A program made the position numbers and the translations under genes. From assembly GCA_051362555.1 (NCBI GenBank), contig CM120643.1, positions 17,798,848 to 17,862,847 on the forward strand: 64,000 bases of DNA, read 5' to 3'. Origin of the DNA: Lingula anatina (lineage: Eukaryota > Animalia > Brachiopoda). The notes beneath the pieces are model-generated. The model worked only from the letters and a program-made list of their open reading frames with translations, did not search any database and had not been told where the DNA came from. Position 1 is the stretch's first letter, and the number at the start of each line of letters is the position of its first letter. Below, piece by piece: positions 1 through 12,428 of the stretch.

Positions 1-354
1 TAAATATAATCAGATTATAGTCCTTCTGTGCTAGTGCCAAGTTCAGAGTCAGTTTAGGGCTTTGACTTGAAATTTATGGCAAACAATGAGTATCAATCAT
101 ATACACCTAAGATCTAATATACCGTTTATTAGATCTTAGTATACACCAAGGCATTAAAAAAGAAATCTGAGACTCAGTGACAAATATTTTATTTTTTGTT
201 AGTAAAGGTCTAACACACTCTATGCTTTTAACCAATGACCCTCATAAACTTGTTTGGTCACTGATTTAACTAAAGTGTCAATTAACATCTCAGAGAGACC
301 AAACAGGACTACTACTGAATCAGAGATACGGATACAAGTATCAACACAACGCAC

Positions 355-1894
355 CTACATCCATCCACTCAGGTGGTTGTATTCTACATTTCTGCCTCTG
401 TTTGAGATTCAATGCCATCCACAGGGGGACGTCCACAGGGAGGCTGGGGCTGAAAGGTCCTATCTCACCCTGTAAAGAGAAGCTTTTTATACAAAAAAAA
501 ATGGAACATCAATAAATGAATTTGCTAGTGAATATGTTGCCAGAGTATTGGGCCTTATGGACTACCTACTCACTGCAAGTAAAGCCAAACTGATATACAA
601 GATCAGTAAGAATTAACTAGTTAGTAGAAGTTAACCATAACTTGATTCAAGAACTTCTTGCTTGATTTGATTGGTCACTAAATGTGTCATGCCACCATTC
701 ACAGTGAACATTATCATCCTAGCTACCGTGCACAACCTGCACGGAGACTCTAGCTTGTAAATGCATTCAGATTAACACATCTTGTACTGTACTAGAGTTG
801 AGTAGAATAAAAAAAGCTAGTCATTATAATAGTGCGTTGCAGGGGCGGATTTAGGGCGTCTTCTGAGTCTTCCGGAAGACAGTCAGATTTTCAAGTTTAC
901 ATTGACGGGTATCTAATTTTTTCTGTCGGAGGACGGTCAAAAATGGAGGATGGATCAACAAAGATAAGTTGGAAGACTGTCAGAAAATAACTCTGGATCC
1001 GCCCATGCGTTGGAAACAAGAGGAGGCGTGGTAGTCTCTTAATCTGATTGCATTCAGCAGGAGCCCCCGTGGAGTTAGTGCACAGTAATTATAACCAGTA
1101 ATAAGTATTTTTTTAATTTACTTATTCTAAAAAATAACAGCATAGTACATTGACAGCCTTGTGATGCCTTTGCAACAAATAATATTGCTCAGAGAGCAAA
1201 AAACCCTGCAAATGTTGTAAATTCTTTTAAATTTCAATTTACTTTAAATTTTTATTCATTTTTGAATCAAGAAATATTTAGATTTAATTATAAATTAAAC
1301 AAGAAAATGCAAGTTGTATATTTATTCTATCTAAATCAACTTTGTTTTACACTCATTATAATTGCATAAATAATGTCATATTTTTAGTCTATTTCATAAG
1401 TAGATCTCTGATAATAATGTAACTATCTTTTCAATAATAAATAAAACATTGTAAACATATGCTTAAATATGCAACAAAAAAAATAGAAACAAACTAAAGC
1501 AAAAAAAAAAAGTCACGCCACACTAGGGCTCGAACCATCGTCGTCAAAAATCGAGCAAACAAGCAATTAGCCTGCAAAATGCTTTGCAGGCAATCAACGA
1601 CCGTCTAACAACGAACTCATCCAATCGACTGAAAATAGAGTAAACTGGAGGACCATGATCGTCGGTGCCTGCACTTGTCCTGACTTAATTGTTAAAGAAG
1701 AAGAATTCTAAAAAAAAATCACAGAAAATGCAATTTGATAATGCACACAGTGCCACACAGTAAATGGTTTTGGTTCAAGTTTACCCTTGTTTACTTACAC
1801 CAATCAAATAAATCTTATCTTGATTAAAGTTTGGAACCACAGTCACCATCGTCTTCTCCGCTAGAAACTCAACTTCGGCTGGATCCATAGACAT
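355..1894 (-). CDS. GINS2: GINS complex subunit 2 (PSF2), first two coding exons (1799-1894, 355-469); gene continues left of the window
   Basis: Spliced translation is [32 protein letters not shown]|[38 protein letters not shown], closely matching the Psf2 N-terminus ([13 protein letters not shown]...[23 protein letters not shown]). Canonical GT/AG sites. Not in the ORF track. Confidence 0.96.
840..1007. mobile_element. MITE with CAGGGGCGGAT-type terminal inverted repeats, in GINS2 intron 1
   Basis: caggggcggatttag...ctggatccgcccatg, flanked by the direct repeat cgttg (835-839, 1008-1012); internal ggaagacagtcaga-like subrepeats. Confidence 0.75.
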
Positions 1895-2173
1895 TGTTTT
1901 ATCTCATTACTATGTGTTGTCTATGTGATAGTTTCGCGGGAATACATGAATATAGGTCATGGGAATAGGGTCAAGTAAGACAAACTTAGAAAAAAAAACA
2001 ACTGAAAAGATCCGGCATAATCAACTAAATATCTTCAAAAAGTTTGAAAAAGTATATCTTTGTCTAAAAATAGAATTATTGCAATTTTCTAGATATAACT
2101 GTTGCATACACAAAATTATAACAAGTCTGTCTTCGGTAGCGTCATCTATCGGTCGTTTGAGAAGGTGGTGAAA
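1895..2173. promoter_or_regulatory. Bidirectional promoter and 5' UTR region shared by GINS2 and TMEM143, with an E2F-like site TTTCGCGGGAA at 1932-1942
   Basis: The divergent ATGs are only about 280 bp apart. An E2F-like motif lies about 40 bp upstream of the GINS2 ATG, and replication genes are classical E2F targets. Confidence 0.65.
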
Positions 2174-2974
2174 ATGGCTGTCTGTCTTGCCAGGCAAGAA
2201 GTTGCAGCACATTTGGGCCAATATGCGCGCCGCTGCACTCTCAAAGTAAGTAAAATGCAATTAATCAAAACGTTACCGACTCTTTCAACATATTTTTGTT
2301 GTTCCCCTTTGTTGTCAGGGAAGGTCGAGATGAAAATATGAGGCACACCCCCGGCGACACCACCCGGCGAAATGGCTTGGATCTTTAAATTAATTGTTTT
2401 TAATCAAGTAGTATTGATTGCATGTATGGCAATTCATTGTTAACTCTCGTTTTGCCAAAGGTAACTTCAAATTAAAAGAAAAAAATTAATTTATGTCTTT
2501 ATACTGGTTATTGATTTTGCCATGCGGTGACGTATTTGCTAATTAATACAGCTTAACTAAAATTGCTTGAAATTAAAAATTGTAATTATCAGGAAATGCT
2601 TATGAATATAAAATATCTGTTAAGGCCCAGCCAATGGTGTGCTGTAGTGCATTAATTGGAAAGAGCAAGGTCCCATCAGTGAGCTCATCTGCTAAAACCA
2701 GCAGTAGTGTCATACAGAGGAGAACTCTCTTTGGCTCTTCCAAGATCCCACAGCTGTCTAATATCCTCAGCCGCTCTGGGAAGGAGTTGCAAGATGTGGA
2801 GGAAGAAGATGCAGATGATTACAGGTAGATACGGTGTTGTTAGAGATAACAAGGTGAAAAAATATTTCGATGTAAAAATAATTTCTATTGTTTGCACACA
2901 AGCATGCTTACACACAAATGCACGCACACACACACATACACAATAAAATTCACATGTGCCCTTATGCTTCTGAG

Positions 2975-3024
<50 letters not shown>

Positions 3025-6000
3025 TGTAAACATGAATTAACATGCAGGTGCATAAAGATGCATGTACACATGCATTTACATGTGAATGAAAGCATGCACA
3101 CTCAAACCAGTGTCCCTAAAACGGGCATTACAGCACAATATAGTACAACACAGTGCAATACAATTGAAAAAAAATGCAAAAAAAGAGAATTTGCATTCAG
3201 TGTCATTGGAAAATGTCAGGGATCCTTTAACATAAAAAATTTGATTATTTTAGGGAACGTTTCATACCTGTGACCAGACTGACATTACACCGTATGCTGC
3301 TCCAAGAGCCAGACTTTCTCACAGAGCAGGAGAAAAAGATGTACAATGAGTTTGCAGATGCCCTGGACAGTGCTGTGGACAACAAATACAAAGGGACCCT
3401 CAGGGAGCTCAATGTAAGAAAAGCAAGGCTACACAAGCAAGTTTACTTTATATGCAGAATTGAATAGATCGATAACAGTCCATCTAATTAGTTTTGTATA
3501 AACTGATAACAATTGATTATGATATAATATTATAGCATTGCACACCTACATGCATGCTACTAGTACTACTACTATCTCCTATTGCGCCGTTGGGCATCTA
3601 GGGTGTCAACAAAGGTCCTCCACTTCTCTCTGTCTCTAGCCAGATGTTGGATTGCCCTCCAACTTTTGCCCAGTTCAACAGTTCTCCTCCATGTGGTCTT
3701 GGGTCTGCCTCTTTTTCTATGCCCCTGTGTTGTCCAGAACATGGCTACTTTAGTTTTGGAATTTGGGTTTTTTCTCAGCACATGGCCAATCCATTTCCAT
3801 CTTCTTGTCCTGATGACTTTGCTCATGTTTCTCTGGTTGGTTTGCTTTAACAGATCTTCATTTGATACAGTCCTTGGCCAGAATATTTTTCTGAGGCTTG
3901 AGGTGTGAAAGGTAGATAGCTTCCTGGGATCTTCTTCAGTTATGCGCCAGCATTCTGAACCATAGAGAAGAGTTGATAGTACACAGCTCTCAAATAAGTG
4001 GAGTCTGCATGCATTCACCCCAGTGCAAATAGGTATTATGAAGAAGAACATGGTTTTTGAGGTATTTTGCACATTTGATTTAGAACAAAACAAAGAGAAG
4101 TTGCAAATTACATTCCTGGATGGCATCCTTTAATCCCTGGAACTTATAATATTTTCAGTGTTCAGAAAGTTCCCTTATTTTCATATTATTCAGGCCATCT
4201 TTGATCCAATCAACCCAGACAAGGACACTTTAGTCTCCAAACAGCTGAGCAAGAAGCAGAGGATGGACCAGGAGTTCTACTTGCTTCAGAAGCTGGCTGA
4301 GGTGCTGGAAACTGCCAACTTCCATGAGCTTCCTAGACCTGTTGTGGAGAGAGCACTGGAAGATAAGAATACTGCTGCCAAAGTCATGGTTGGTACTCCT
4401 AGTTCTATTTACTTGTTTGTTTGTTTGTTTGTGCCTTACTTTATTTATGTATTCATTTAATCATTCATTTATTTATTTTATATTTATGAGACTAACATTT
4501 GTGTTATTCTGTTTGGTGGTACATGTAAGTAAAGTTGAAAGCAGTCCGGTTTTTGTACTCCATGTATAAATATATGTAGTACTGAAGCAAGCAGTGATGA
4601 TGGGTTTCAGCAGATTGTTACATTTCAGGCATTATTCACAAAGTATAATTTTGAGAAATATTTTACTTCAGTTTTTGTCAAGTGTTTTGAGGAATTACTG
4701 TATTTATAAATTATTTCATGGTGAAATAGACTGATTATTGTTTATTTTGTTTTGTATAAAAATATCTATCAGTCTTTAATGAGATATGCTTGTGCATGCG
4801 TACCCAGTTTAGCTTGTGACATTGTTAATTTTTGCATTTGATAACTTTTTTTTTGTGCAAGAGAAAATTTGGGTTTCTGTTAGAAAGTAAGTTTCTGTAA
4901 GTTTCTACTGTAAAGGGGATGATATCTTAACAAAATATTAGAGTGAGTGTGTTATTTGATGTTTTCTCGTCAGGTTAGTGTGGATCCCACTAAGTATGAC
5001 GTTCTCCGTTTCTGGGTTTTGGGCAAGGAATTTCCACCACCAGATGTCTCCTGGTACCAGTCCTTACTCAACCGGCTCAGGGGTCTGCCCCAACCCAAAC
5101 CAGTCGAATACTACAAGCGCGTCCTGGTCGCAGTGCGCCACAAACGCGACCAGAAAGTCATGTTGAAATTCTTCAAGGAAGTTCCCAGCAACTCCCTGGA
5201 GAAACTGCTGCCCGAGGGCAAGATTTACATGACCAAGTTTGACCAGGGAGTCTTGCTGACCATGGGGAGTACGGCCGCTGTTGGGATACTAATTAAATTG
5301 GTCACTTGGATGGCATCCATGGAAATTAACTGGTCACTGCTTTTGACCGGTGTCACTGGACTCATTGGTGCCAGGGTGTATGGGTTGTACAAGGACAGAA
5401 GAAATGCGTACCTGGTGGATCTGAACCGTATGTTGTATTTTAAGAACATTGCTAATAACAGAGGGGTGCTGAGTCTGTTGGTAGATAGATCCTGTGATGA
5501 GACTTTCAAGGAGGTTCTTCTTGCCTATACATACTTATTGACTACAAGAGCGCCATCTATTAGAGAGAAGGGAAGCAGTGAACATTTACCGTCAGAACTA
5601 GGTATGTGAAAGCAGCAGTTCATAATTTTTTTCATGCCATCAGTTAAATATTTAGATTTATAAGTAGATCTCAGTATTTTTCTATGATATTTTCTTGGGA
5701 GGCAAGCTTGATTTCTTGTGATAAATTTTGTCAAACACCAGTATGTATCCACAGAAATTTCTAAGAAAATTTTGTTGAAAGTTTTTTTTTCATTGGTGTT
5801 CTTTTTGTATTTATTTGGAAGTTTAGGACTGTCAAAACTTCTTCATTTTGAAGATGAACTATTTGTCTTTTCTTTTTTCATGGGGTATATTCTACATTAC
5901 AAATAATAGATTATTGACATTGACGATGTCCTTGTGTGATGCCATAAACCATGATATTAGAGCTTAGGAATTTAGATATAATTGATTTCATTACCTTGAT

Positions 6001-6346
6001 TGTAAACTCTACGGGCATGTTATTTGTCGTTGCAGGTGGTCTGTCAGCAGTACAGCTGGAAAAGAAAATAGAAGATTGGGTGCAAGAAAAGACAGGAAGC
6101 AAGATTGAATTCGAATCATCTGTGGCCATTAACTTTCTGAAATCCTATGGCATAGTCCAGGAAACAGATGACAAACTGTTTGTTATACCTCTGAAAACAG
6201 CCACAAAAACTCTCCCTTACAGTTCTCAGCACTGGATGGATGAAGTGGAGGAGGAGATAGAGGGGTACGACAGGGAGGGGAAACCAGAAACGGATGAACA
6301 GTATAAAAAAGAAGCGAAGAAGGAAAAGCTTATAGGCTGGCAATAG
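2174..6346 (+). CDS. TMEM143: Transmembrane protein 143 (DUF3754 family), 6 exons: 2174-2245, 2625-2824, 3254-3413, 4194-4388, 4974-5601, 6036-6346; about 521 aa
   Basis: In-phase GT-AG splicing gives YRERFIPVTR, AIFDPINPDKDT, ANFHEL, YYKRVLVAVR, LKFFKEVP..LEKLLPE, two hydrophobic helices, MLYFKNIANN, DETFKEVLLAY and IEDWVQEKTG, all matching TMEM143 motifs. Exons 1-2 are less certain. Confidence 0.92.
2977..3021. repeat. (CA)n microsatellite in TMEM143 intron 2
   Basis: Seen directly; it explains the spurious CVCVCV ORF. Confidence 0.95.
3556..3998 (-). mobile_element. 5'-truncated RTE-clade LINE fragment (C-terminal region plus short-repeat tail), antisense in TMEM143 intron 3
   Basis: The ORF contains VLSTLLYGSECW...LRKI.WP.TVSNE.L...RRWKWIGHVLRK...GHRKRGRPKTTWRRTV...ARDREKWR, the typical RTE C-terminus, followed by a (TAG)n-like tail. 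Confidence 0.88.
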
Positions 6347-8107
6347 TTTGACTGTAACAGTTCTTATCTCTAACTTTTATTTCAATGTGTTCTTGTAAAA
6401 AAATTGGCTGGATTTGATGGGGGGAAATAGGAGAACGTTCATAGTTGCCAATTAATATTCAGGAGAGTTTGACAGCCACTTTTCTGAAAGTTCAGCAAAT
6501 TATTTCAGAAATTCATAGCGACTTTTTAAAAATGTTTCTTTCTGGTTGCATGATATTTTAACTACCAGTGCCAACCTGATTTCTGTTCCTTTTCAGACAG
6601 AGAAAAATTTTCCTTTTGTTATTATTTGTAAGGTTTAAGGGTTTTTGAATGAAAAGAGTTCAAATAGACTTAAATAGTAGAAAGAGTTAGAGGAAGGAGG
6701 TTTGGGTAGATATTTGTTAATAATGACCTCATCATGGACCACACTGAACTAGCAATGGAAAGATGTCCATTTCCATAATTTCATTTTGTCTTGAACATTT
6801 TTCTTACATTTTTCATGGCCGAAAAATGTTGTGTTTTTTGACTGATTTTAATCAGTCAAAAAAAATGCCACTTATTGCTGGCACTATGAATGATTGATTC
6901 AAGAAGAAAATTGATAGAAAGAATATGCTGAAAAATGCATGTACCTTTACCAATTTATAACAAATAAATGAATATTGGAGATTCATTTCAGTACTTACAA
7001 TGCAGGTAAAGGTTTATATTGTGGCCAAATATTGGCCAAAAATTCTTTTTCAGCATTTTCCCCTTTTATTGTGTATTTGTAATATACCTACATGAAAGCA
7101 AGTGAATTATTTGAAAGAATGTGTAATGTTGTGGAATGTTTCACAATTTATACAGTTATTGGAGCATGTTGTGTTTTGTACTGTTGATGAACCTATTGTG
7201 TAGGCAATTTATTTTATTGCGCCTTATTAGGCTAATTTGTTGTGCGCTAGGGTAAAGTAGTATCATTGTGCTAATGAAACGCCATAGCATGTGTTTGTGA
7301 TATGAAAAATGAAATTTCCGAAACTGTTCAAGGATTTGTGAAAAATCGTGGCCATGTCTGGCATTTGCCAACTTTTCCGTTTTCCACCTAGGTAAAAAAT
7401 AGAGTGAAATCTCTTTATGACATATTTGTTTACATTGTCTTGAATGTATTTGAGGTCTGTGAACCCGTCTTTACATATCCCGAAAATTCGTGCACAACAT
7501 GGTTTCAAAGTCATTGCATTTACTGAGTGTAAATTGTATCGAATAAAACAATTGAATAAAAGATTTCTGTGTTTTAATTTCCAAAACTTAATATCATTTA
7601 AAAAATATTTTACAGTGTTTTTTACGTAACGACTAAAATAATGTGGAAAGTAGACGGGGTACTTTTGTGAGCTTCCAACAGACATGAATATAACTTATAT
7701 TAGACATTCATCTTTATCAAGAAATCTACTAATTTATTAAAACTAAAAAAGAATTCACTTTTGTGGAAATGCTTGTTCTTGATATGTATTTGTAAAAAAT
7801 AGCATGTGTTTGTTTTAGAACGCTCTTAATTCTCTTTAACATGACTGAAACTGCTGATCTGAAATCGCAATCGGGGAAAAATGAGGCAATGGGTGAAGTT
7901 GTCAGTTGTATATCAAGCCCTAGCACATCAAATATTGTAAAATTTTCTTGTTTTTTTTCACAAAAATTTCCTGTACTCTTGTTTGTAGAAAGACTTTAAC
8001 TCGTTTATATTTTTTAGTATTTTGAAATATATTTAGAATTTTGAAGTGTATATAAACAACACTTAACATTTACGTGCCTATTTTGGTGGGAATTCCTTAC
8101 GTTATTG

Positions 8108-8115
8108 TGACGTCA
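8108..8115. promoter_or_regulatory. Palindromic CRE/ATF-type site TGACGTCA just upstream of the putative kinase start
   Basis: Exact motif present; function not shown, and it could belong to a repeat. Confidence 0.3.
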
Positions 8116-8127
8116 TAGATCTTCGCC

Positions 8128-11100
8128 ATGCGTAACGTAACGCCGCGGCTACGTCAGATAGTAACGACAGTGTTTCAAGATTTTGCGTAAACAAAAGAAA
8201 GCAATTGGTGATGATTTCTACTGTATTTATTTGAAATGATAATAATTTCGCATCTAGCGTTTCTGGGTGCGCAACACAGTTACGAATACATCAAACGGAG
8301 AGCCCTGGAGAACAAGGTAAATTGTTAAGTAATCCCTATAGATATGTCGGAATTTTTTTCTGTAGATGCATGCCCTCCTTCATTTTTACTTAAATCTATA
8401 GCCGTTACAACCGACGTCGCTGCCTTTTTAAAGCACAGAATCCCATGATAGAAAACTTTTACAGTTAGCCTATGTTAGATCTGATGATCTCTGACGGTTG
8501 TTTAATTACCCATTGATTGGCCAAAATAGCAGTGTTCTTTTAAACAAATGCAAAATGCCTCGATATATTTACCACGACTGAGGTTTTTCTTATCAACAGA
8601 TCCGAAAGCTTCATTTTAATGGATTTCCTGGACAGATGAAATTGGGCTCCGGGAGCTATGGAAACGTTTACAAGGTATGTCATAATGAGACTATTTTCCA
8701 TTTATATCTGCTTGGATTTTGCAACGGACAATATATGGTGGTGAAATTGAGAGAAAACTTGGTTTTGAAACTTAACATATTTGATTGGTTTACTGGATGG
8801 AGGTACCCTGAATTTGGAAGAACTGGCGGCGACATTCCTCCACGGTTTCTGTCCCCACGCCCGTTCCTCTACAAGCATCCGAAATTCTACCCTCTACCGG
8901 GGTGGCAGATTATATAGGGAAAAACGGAAAAATTTGAGACATATCTGTGAATATCTGTGAAAAATCAATCTGTCGCCTGGTAGAGGGTATCAAAATTCAG
9001 GGTAGGGATGGCGAGCGTTGTTATTTCACCTCATTAAAAAGGAATGATATATGGAGCGTTGTATATTGTATAGTTATTGATTTGCCTTTCCGTGTCTACG
9101 GAGGAGCACGTGCTGTTATAACATTGTTATTATCTCACATTTAGTTTTCAAACGACTGGGCATTGAAAGTACCGGTAGACATCGACAGGGCTCAAGCATT
9201 TGAAAAGGAGATTGATCTTCTTAAAGAGCTCAAAAGCGATTTCATTTTGAGGTAATTATATTATTTTACTTTTTCTTTAAGTAAATATTTAAATCACCCT
9301 CATTTCACTTTTTATTCAAATTACACTCGCCCCCTTAAGTATTTCTTTTTATTTATTCCTTCATTTTTTCAATTTTATTCAAATATGTTTATGTAAAGGG
9401 TGCTTTACCAGTTTATGGAGGTCGACGTATTCATCTTTGATTGTTTCATGTTCTGCAGCTGATTTCGTTATTTTTCATTTCTGGTTTTAGTTTGCACCAT
9501 TCATTTGAGGTAAAACCTGGCTTACCTGTTGTCTTGACAGAACTTTGCCCACTTGACCTACAGCGTCTGACCGATTATCAGTATGTTTTATTTTTCTTAA
9601 TCTTATTTATTTTTATTCTTCTCTTGTTCTTTGTCGTTAAAACTTGTATTGACTCGTTTTAACTGTGTTTGGCTTTATATAACCCATTTTCATTTTACCG
9701 TTCTTCACCGACTTTGCTAGGATATTGGACATTTCTGGACATTTATGGAAGTCTACAGACTTATTTAATTATACTAATTTTATTTGTTCATATACCATAT
9801 TTCTTATGTACGTTAAAAAATTTTTACGATTTTATATCAATGTGCCATTTTTTTTTTTTAAAAAAAAGAAAAAGATTAGATTAAAAAGAGTACGGTGTGG
9901 GATCTATTTTCTTTTCATTCACGTAACTATTTCAATTTTTCAGCGGCATTTTAGAGTCAAGGGCCGTCAAGTTTGTCACGGTGTCGGTCTGTATAGCCCT
10001 GCAGTTCATGAGGAGTCAAAAACTCATTCACTTTGACATCAAGCTGAACAATATCCTAATAAACCGAAGTGGCATTCCTAAAGTGGTGAGCGCACAATGA
10101 ATAAATAATTATTTTATGTACAAAAGTATAAGACGCAATACGTTCTTTGGAATCTAATTTGCATATGACTGTTACGGTAAAGTGTGGTATTTCTGATAGG
10201 GTAATGTTTAGCATTTCATCAAAAGAAAATTTGTCGAGTCTCTACGTTGGTGCGTATTCTAAGCATTTATGCTAATGATTGTCAGTTTGATAAGATTTGT
10301 TGCAACATGGAGTAAACGAGAAAAATCACACAGTGACTTAGTGCGTGTGATTATCCATGTTCATTTATTTATTCAATTTCATTTTTTCAGTGTGATTTGG
10401 GGTCCGCCCACCGCTGTGACGAGAGCGGAGAGAGTAGCTGGGGACCGAGGATGGTAGCTTACACCATCACCAAGAACCTCGCCCCGGAAATTCTAATGCG
10501 CACTTCTGCGTCCGTTCAGGCGGACTATTTTGCTCTGGGTGTGATGATATTCGAGTTGTACGTTGGCAGGTAAATAACCTAGTCACAGTGCTGCAAAATT
10601 ACTAACAATGTAGTCCTTTGGGTTAGTTCATGCGAGAGCGCATTTTTTTCCTTTTTATCCTTCAAACTGTGTAATATTTTAGTATCTTTGTACTGGTATT
10701 TAAGTTAATATGGAATTTAATTTGATGAAATAATATTCAAAATGAGAGGTCCACTCTACTTTTTCTTTGTTGCAATTGGTACCATTGTAGTTAATTTTGT
10801 CAGGAAATTGGGAAAACTCCTTTTTTTGTAAATCTTATAATTTCGATTTTTCTTCTGTAGAATTCATGCAGAATTTATATTTCGATTTCTTCTGTAGACA
10901 CCCTCTCTGGTACAACGAGCCACACAGCAGAGCAGCCATCAAAGTGAAAATTCTGGCTGGAAATATCCTCCACGCCGACTATGCAGAACCGACATTCCGG
11001 GAGTTAGCTGAGAACTTGATCTGGTGAGTACTTTTCTTCTTTATTTATCGATAGATTATACTTTTTATTTAATGATTTATTTTACTTTTTATCTTTCTAC

Positions 11101-12428
11101 CTGCATATTTATTGAGTTATTTTTGTATTTATTTGTACATCTTTAATTTAAAAGAGTCATATGAGAGTTTAACAAACAGCATTGTCTGTTTCAACATTTT
11201 TAGACTTGATTTATTGTATTCATATTTAATTACTAAACGTCAGGTTGAGCCTATTTTTCAAGAAGACTCGGATAAAAGGTTAACGAATAGCATTGTCCTC
11301 ATGGATTTCAAAATTTTTAGACTAAGATTATTGTAATAATATTTTACTAAAAGCCACGTTAATCCTATATTTCCAGTAATAGGGTCAACAGAGTGAAGGA
11401 CGTGAATGGCATATTGCGTCTTCGGTAAGAGTTCGCTAGCTATTTCACCTTGAAATAAAATTACTTAGATTGAAGGATTTAGTTAAACCATTTATAGATA
11501 TTTTCCTTATTGATCCGTTCCTGTCTGTTCATTCGTTGTTTTCTTTTTATTGCATTTGGCGTTTGTTTTCCTTTAATTTTTATTTTTTATTTGCTCGTTT
11601 TTCTCAGTTGGCTTGCTGATTATCACACTAACGTGTTTCCTATGGACTGCAGGTCCTCCCCTCTTCTTGCTTTTGTCCAGGTACTTGCTTCTTCTATAGG
11701 TTTCTTTTTCTTGAAATCTTTGTGTTTTTTCCTTTGTTTGCTTGTCATTGCCGTGGTTTGGCGCACATTTCACTAAGGGAGATCATATATATAATTTCCC
11801 TTTTAACAATTATAATACATAGTACAGTTTTTACACAGATTTCCATATAGACTATCTACCGTCCCACTTAAGTGTCACGGTTATTTGAAACTACCCGTAA
11901 TTCATGCATGGCGCGAGTCCCAATTTGTATGTTTGTAAAAACATATAAATATGAAAATAAGTATAAACCTGTGTGAAAATTGTCTTTTATGGAAACATCT
12001 TATCGTTGCTTTCGAAATAAGAATTTCTTTCATTTTTATTTTCATCTTTTCTTTTTAAACAGGAGTCTGTCTTGAAGGACATGGAGAGGGTAAGGTACCC
12101 TCCAGCTGCGGCGCACCGCCAAACTCACATTACCACACAGGACGCAGCACTCGCCCCAACTCCTAGCACTGGCAAAAACAACTGTGAACTTGTGCCTTGG
12201 GACATGCCAGACAACGAGGTGGCAGACGACTGCGACTTTCTTCAGTGGGATGTCCCCAATGACGAGGGGGAAGACAGCGGCATAGTGGCCATGGAGTTCC
12301 CCGAAAATGGGGGTGGCATAATGGTATTGGGCATGCCCAGTGATGAGATTGAGGCCGAGGAAGACATGCCCGAGTGGGATGCTCCAGTGGGGGATTTCGA
12401 CTTTGATTTCACCTTTGAAGAGGGTTGA
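8128..12428 (+). CDS. Divergent Ser/Thr protein kinase (AGC/PKA-like fold, non-RD). Exons 8128-8131(?), 8258-8316, 8600-8674, 9145-9251, 9491-9580, 9944-10085, 10391-10569, 10898-11023, 11377-11424, 11608-11680, 12063-12428; about 422 aa
   Basis: Spliced frame is continuous: LGSGSYGNVYK (Gly loop), WALK (catalytic Lys), FEKEIDLL (alphaC Glu), LIHFDIKLNNILI, CDLGSA, LAPEIL, ADYFALGVMIFELYVGRHP. All junctions are GT-AG and in phase. The first micro-exon and start codon are tentative. Confidence 0.85.
8806..9002. mobile_element. Tc1/mariner-type MITE in a kinase intron
   Basis: TA|CCCTGAATTT...AAATTCAGGG|TA: terminal inverted repeats with a TA target duplication. Confidence 0.6.

Noticed and set aside
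2685-3101. 138-aa CVCVCV-rich ORF
   Set aside because: Artefact of the (CA)n microsatellite and the antisense of TMEM143 exon 2.
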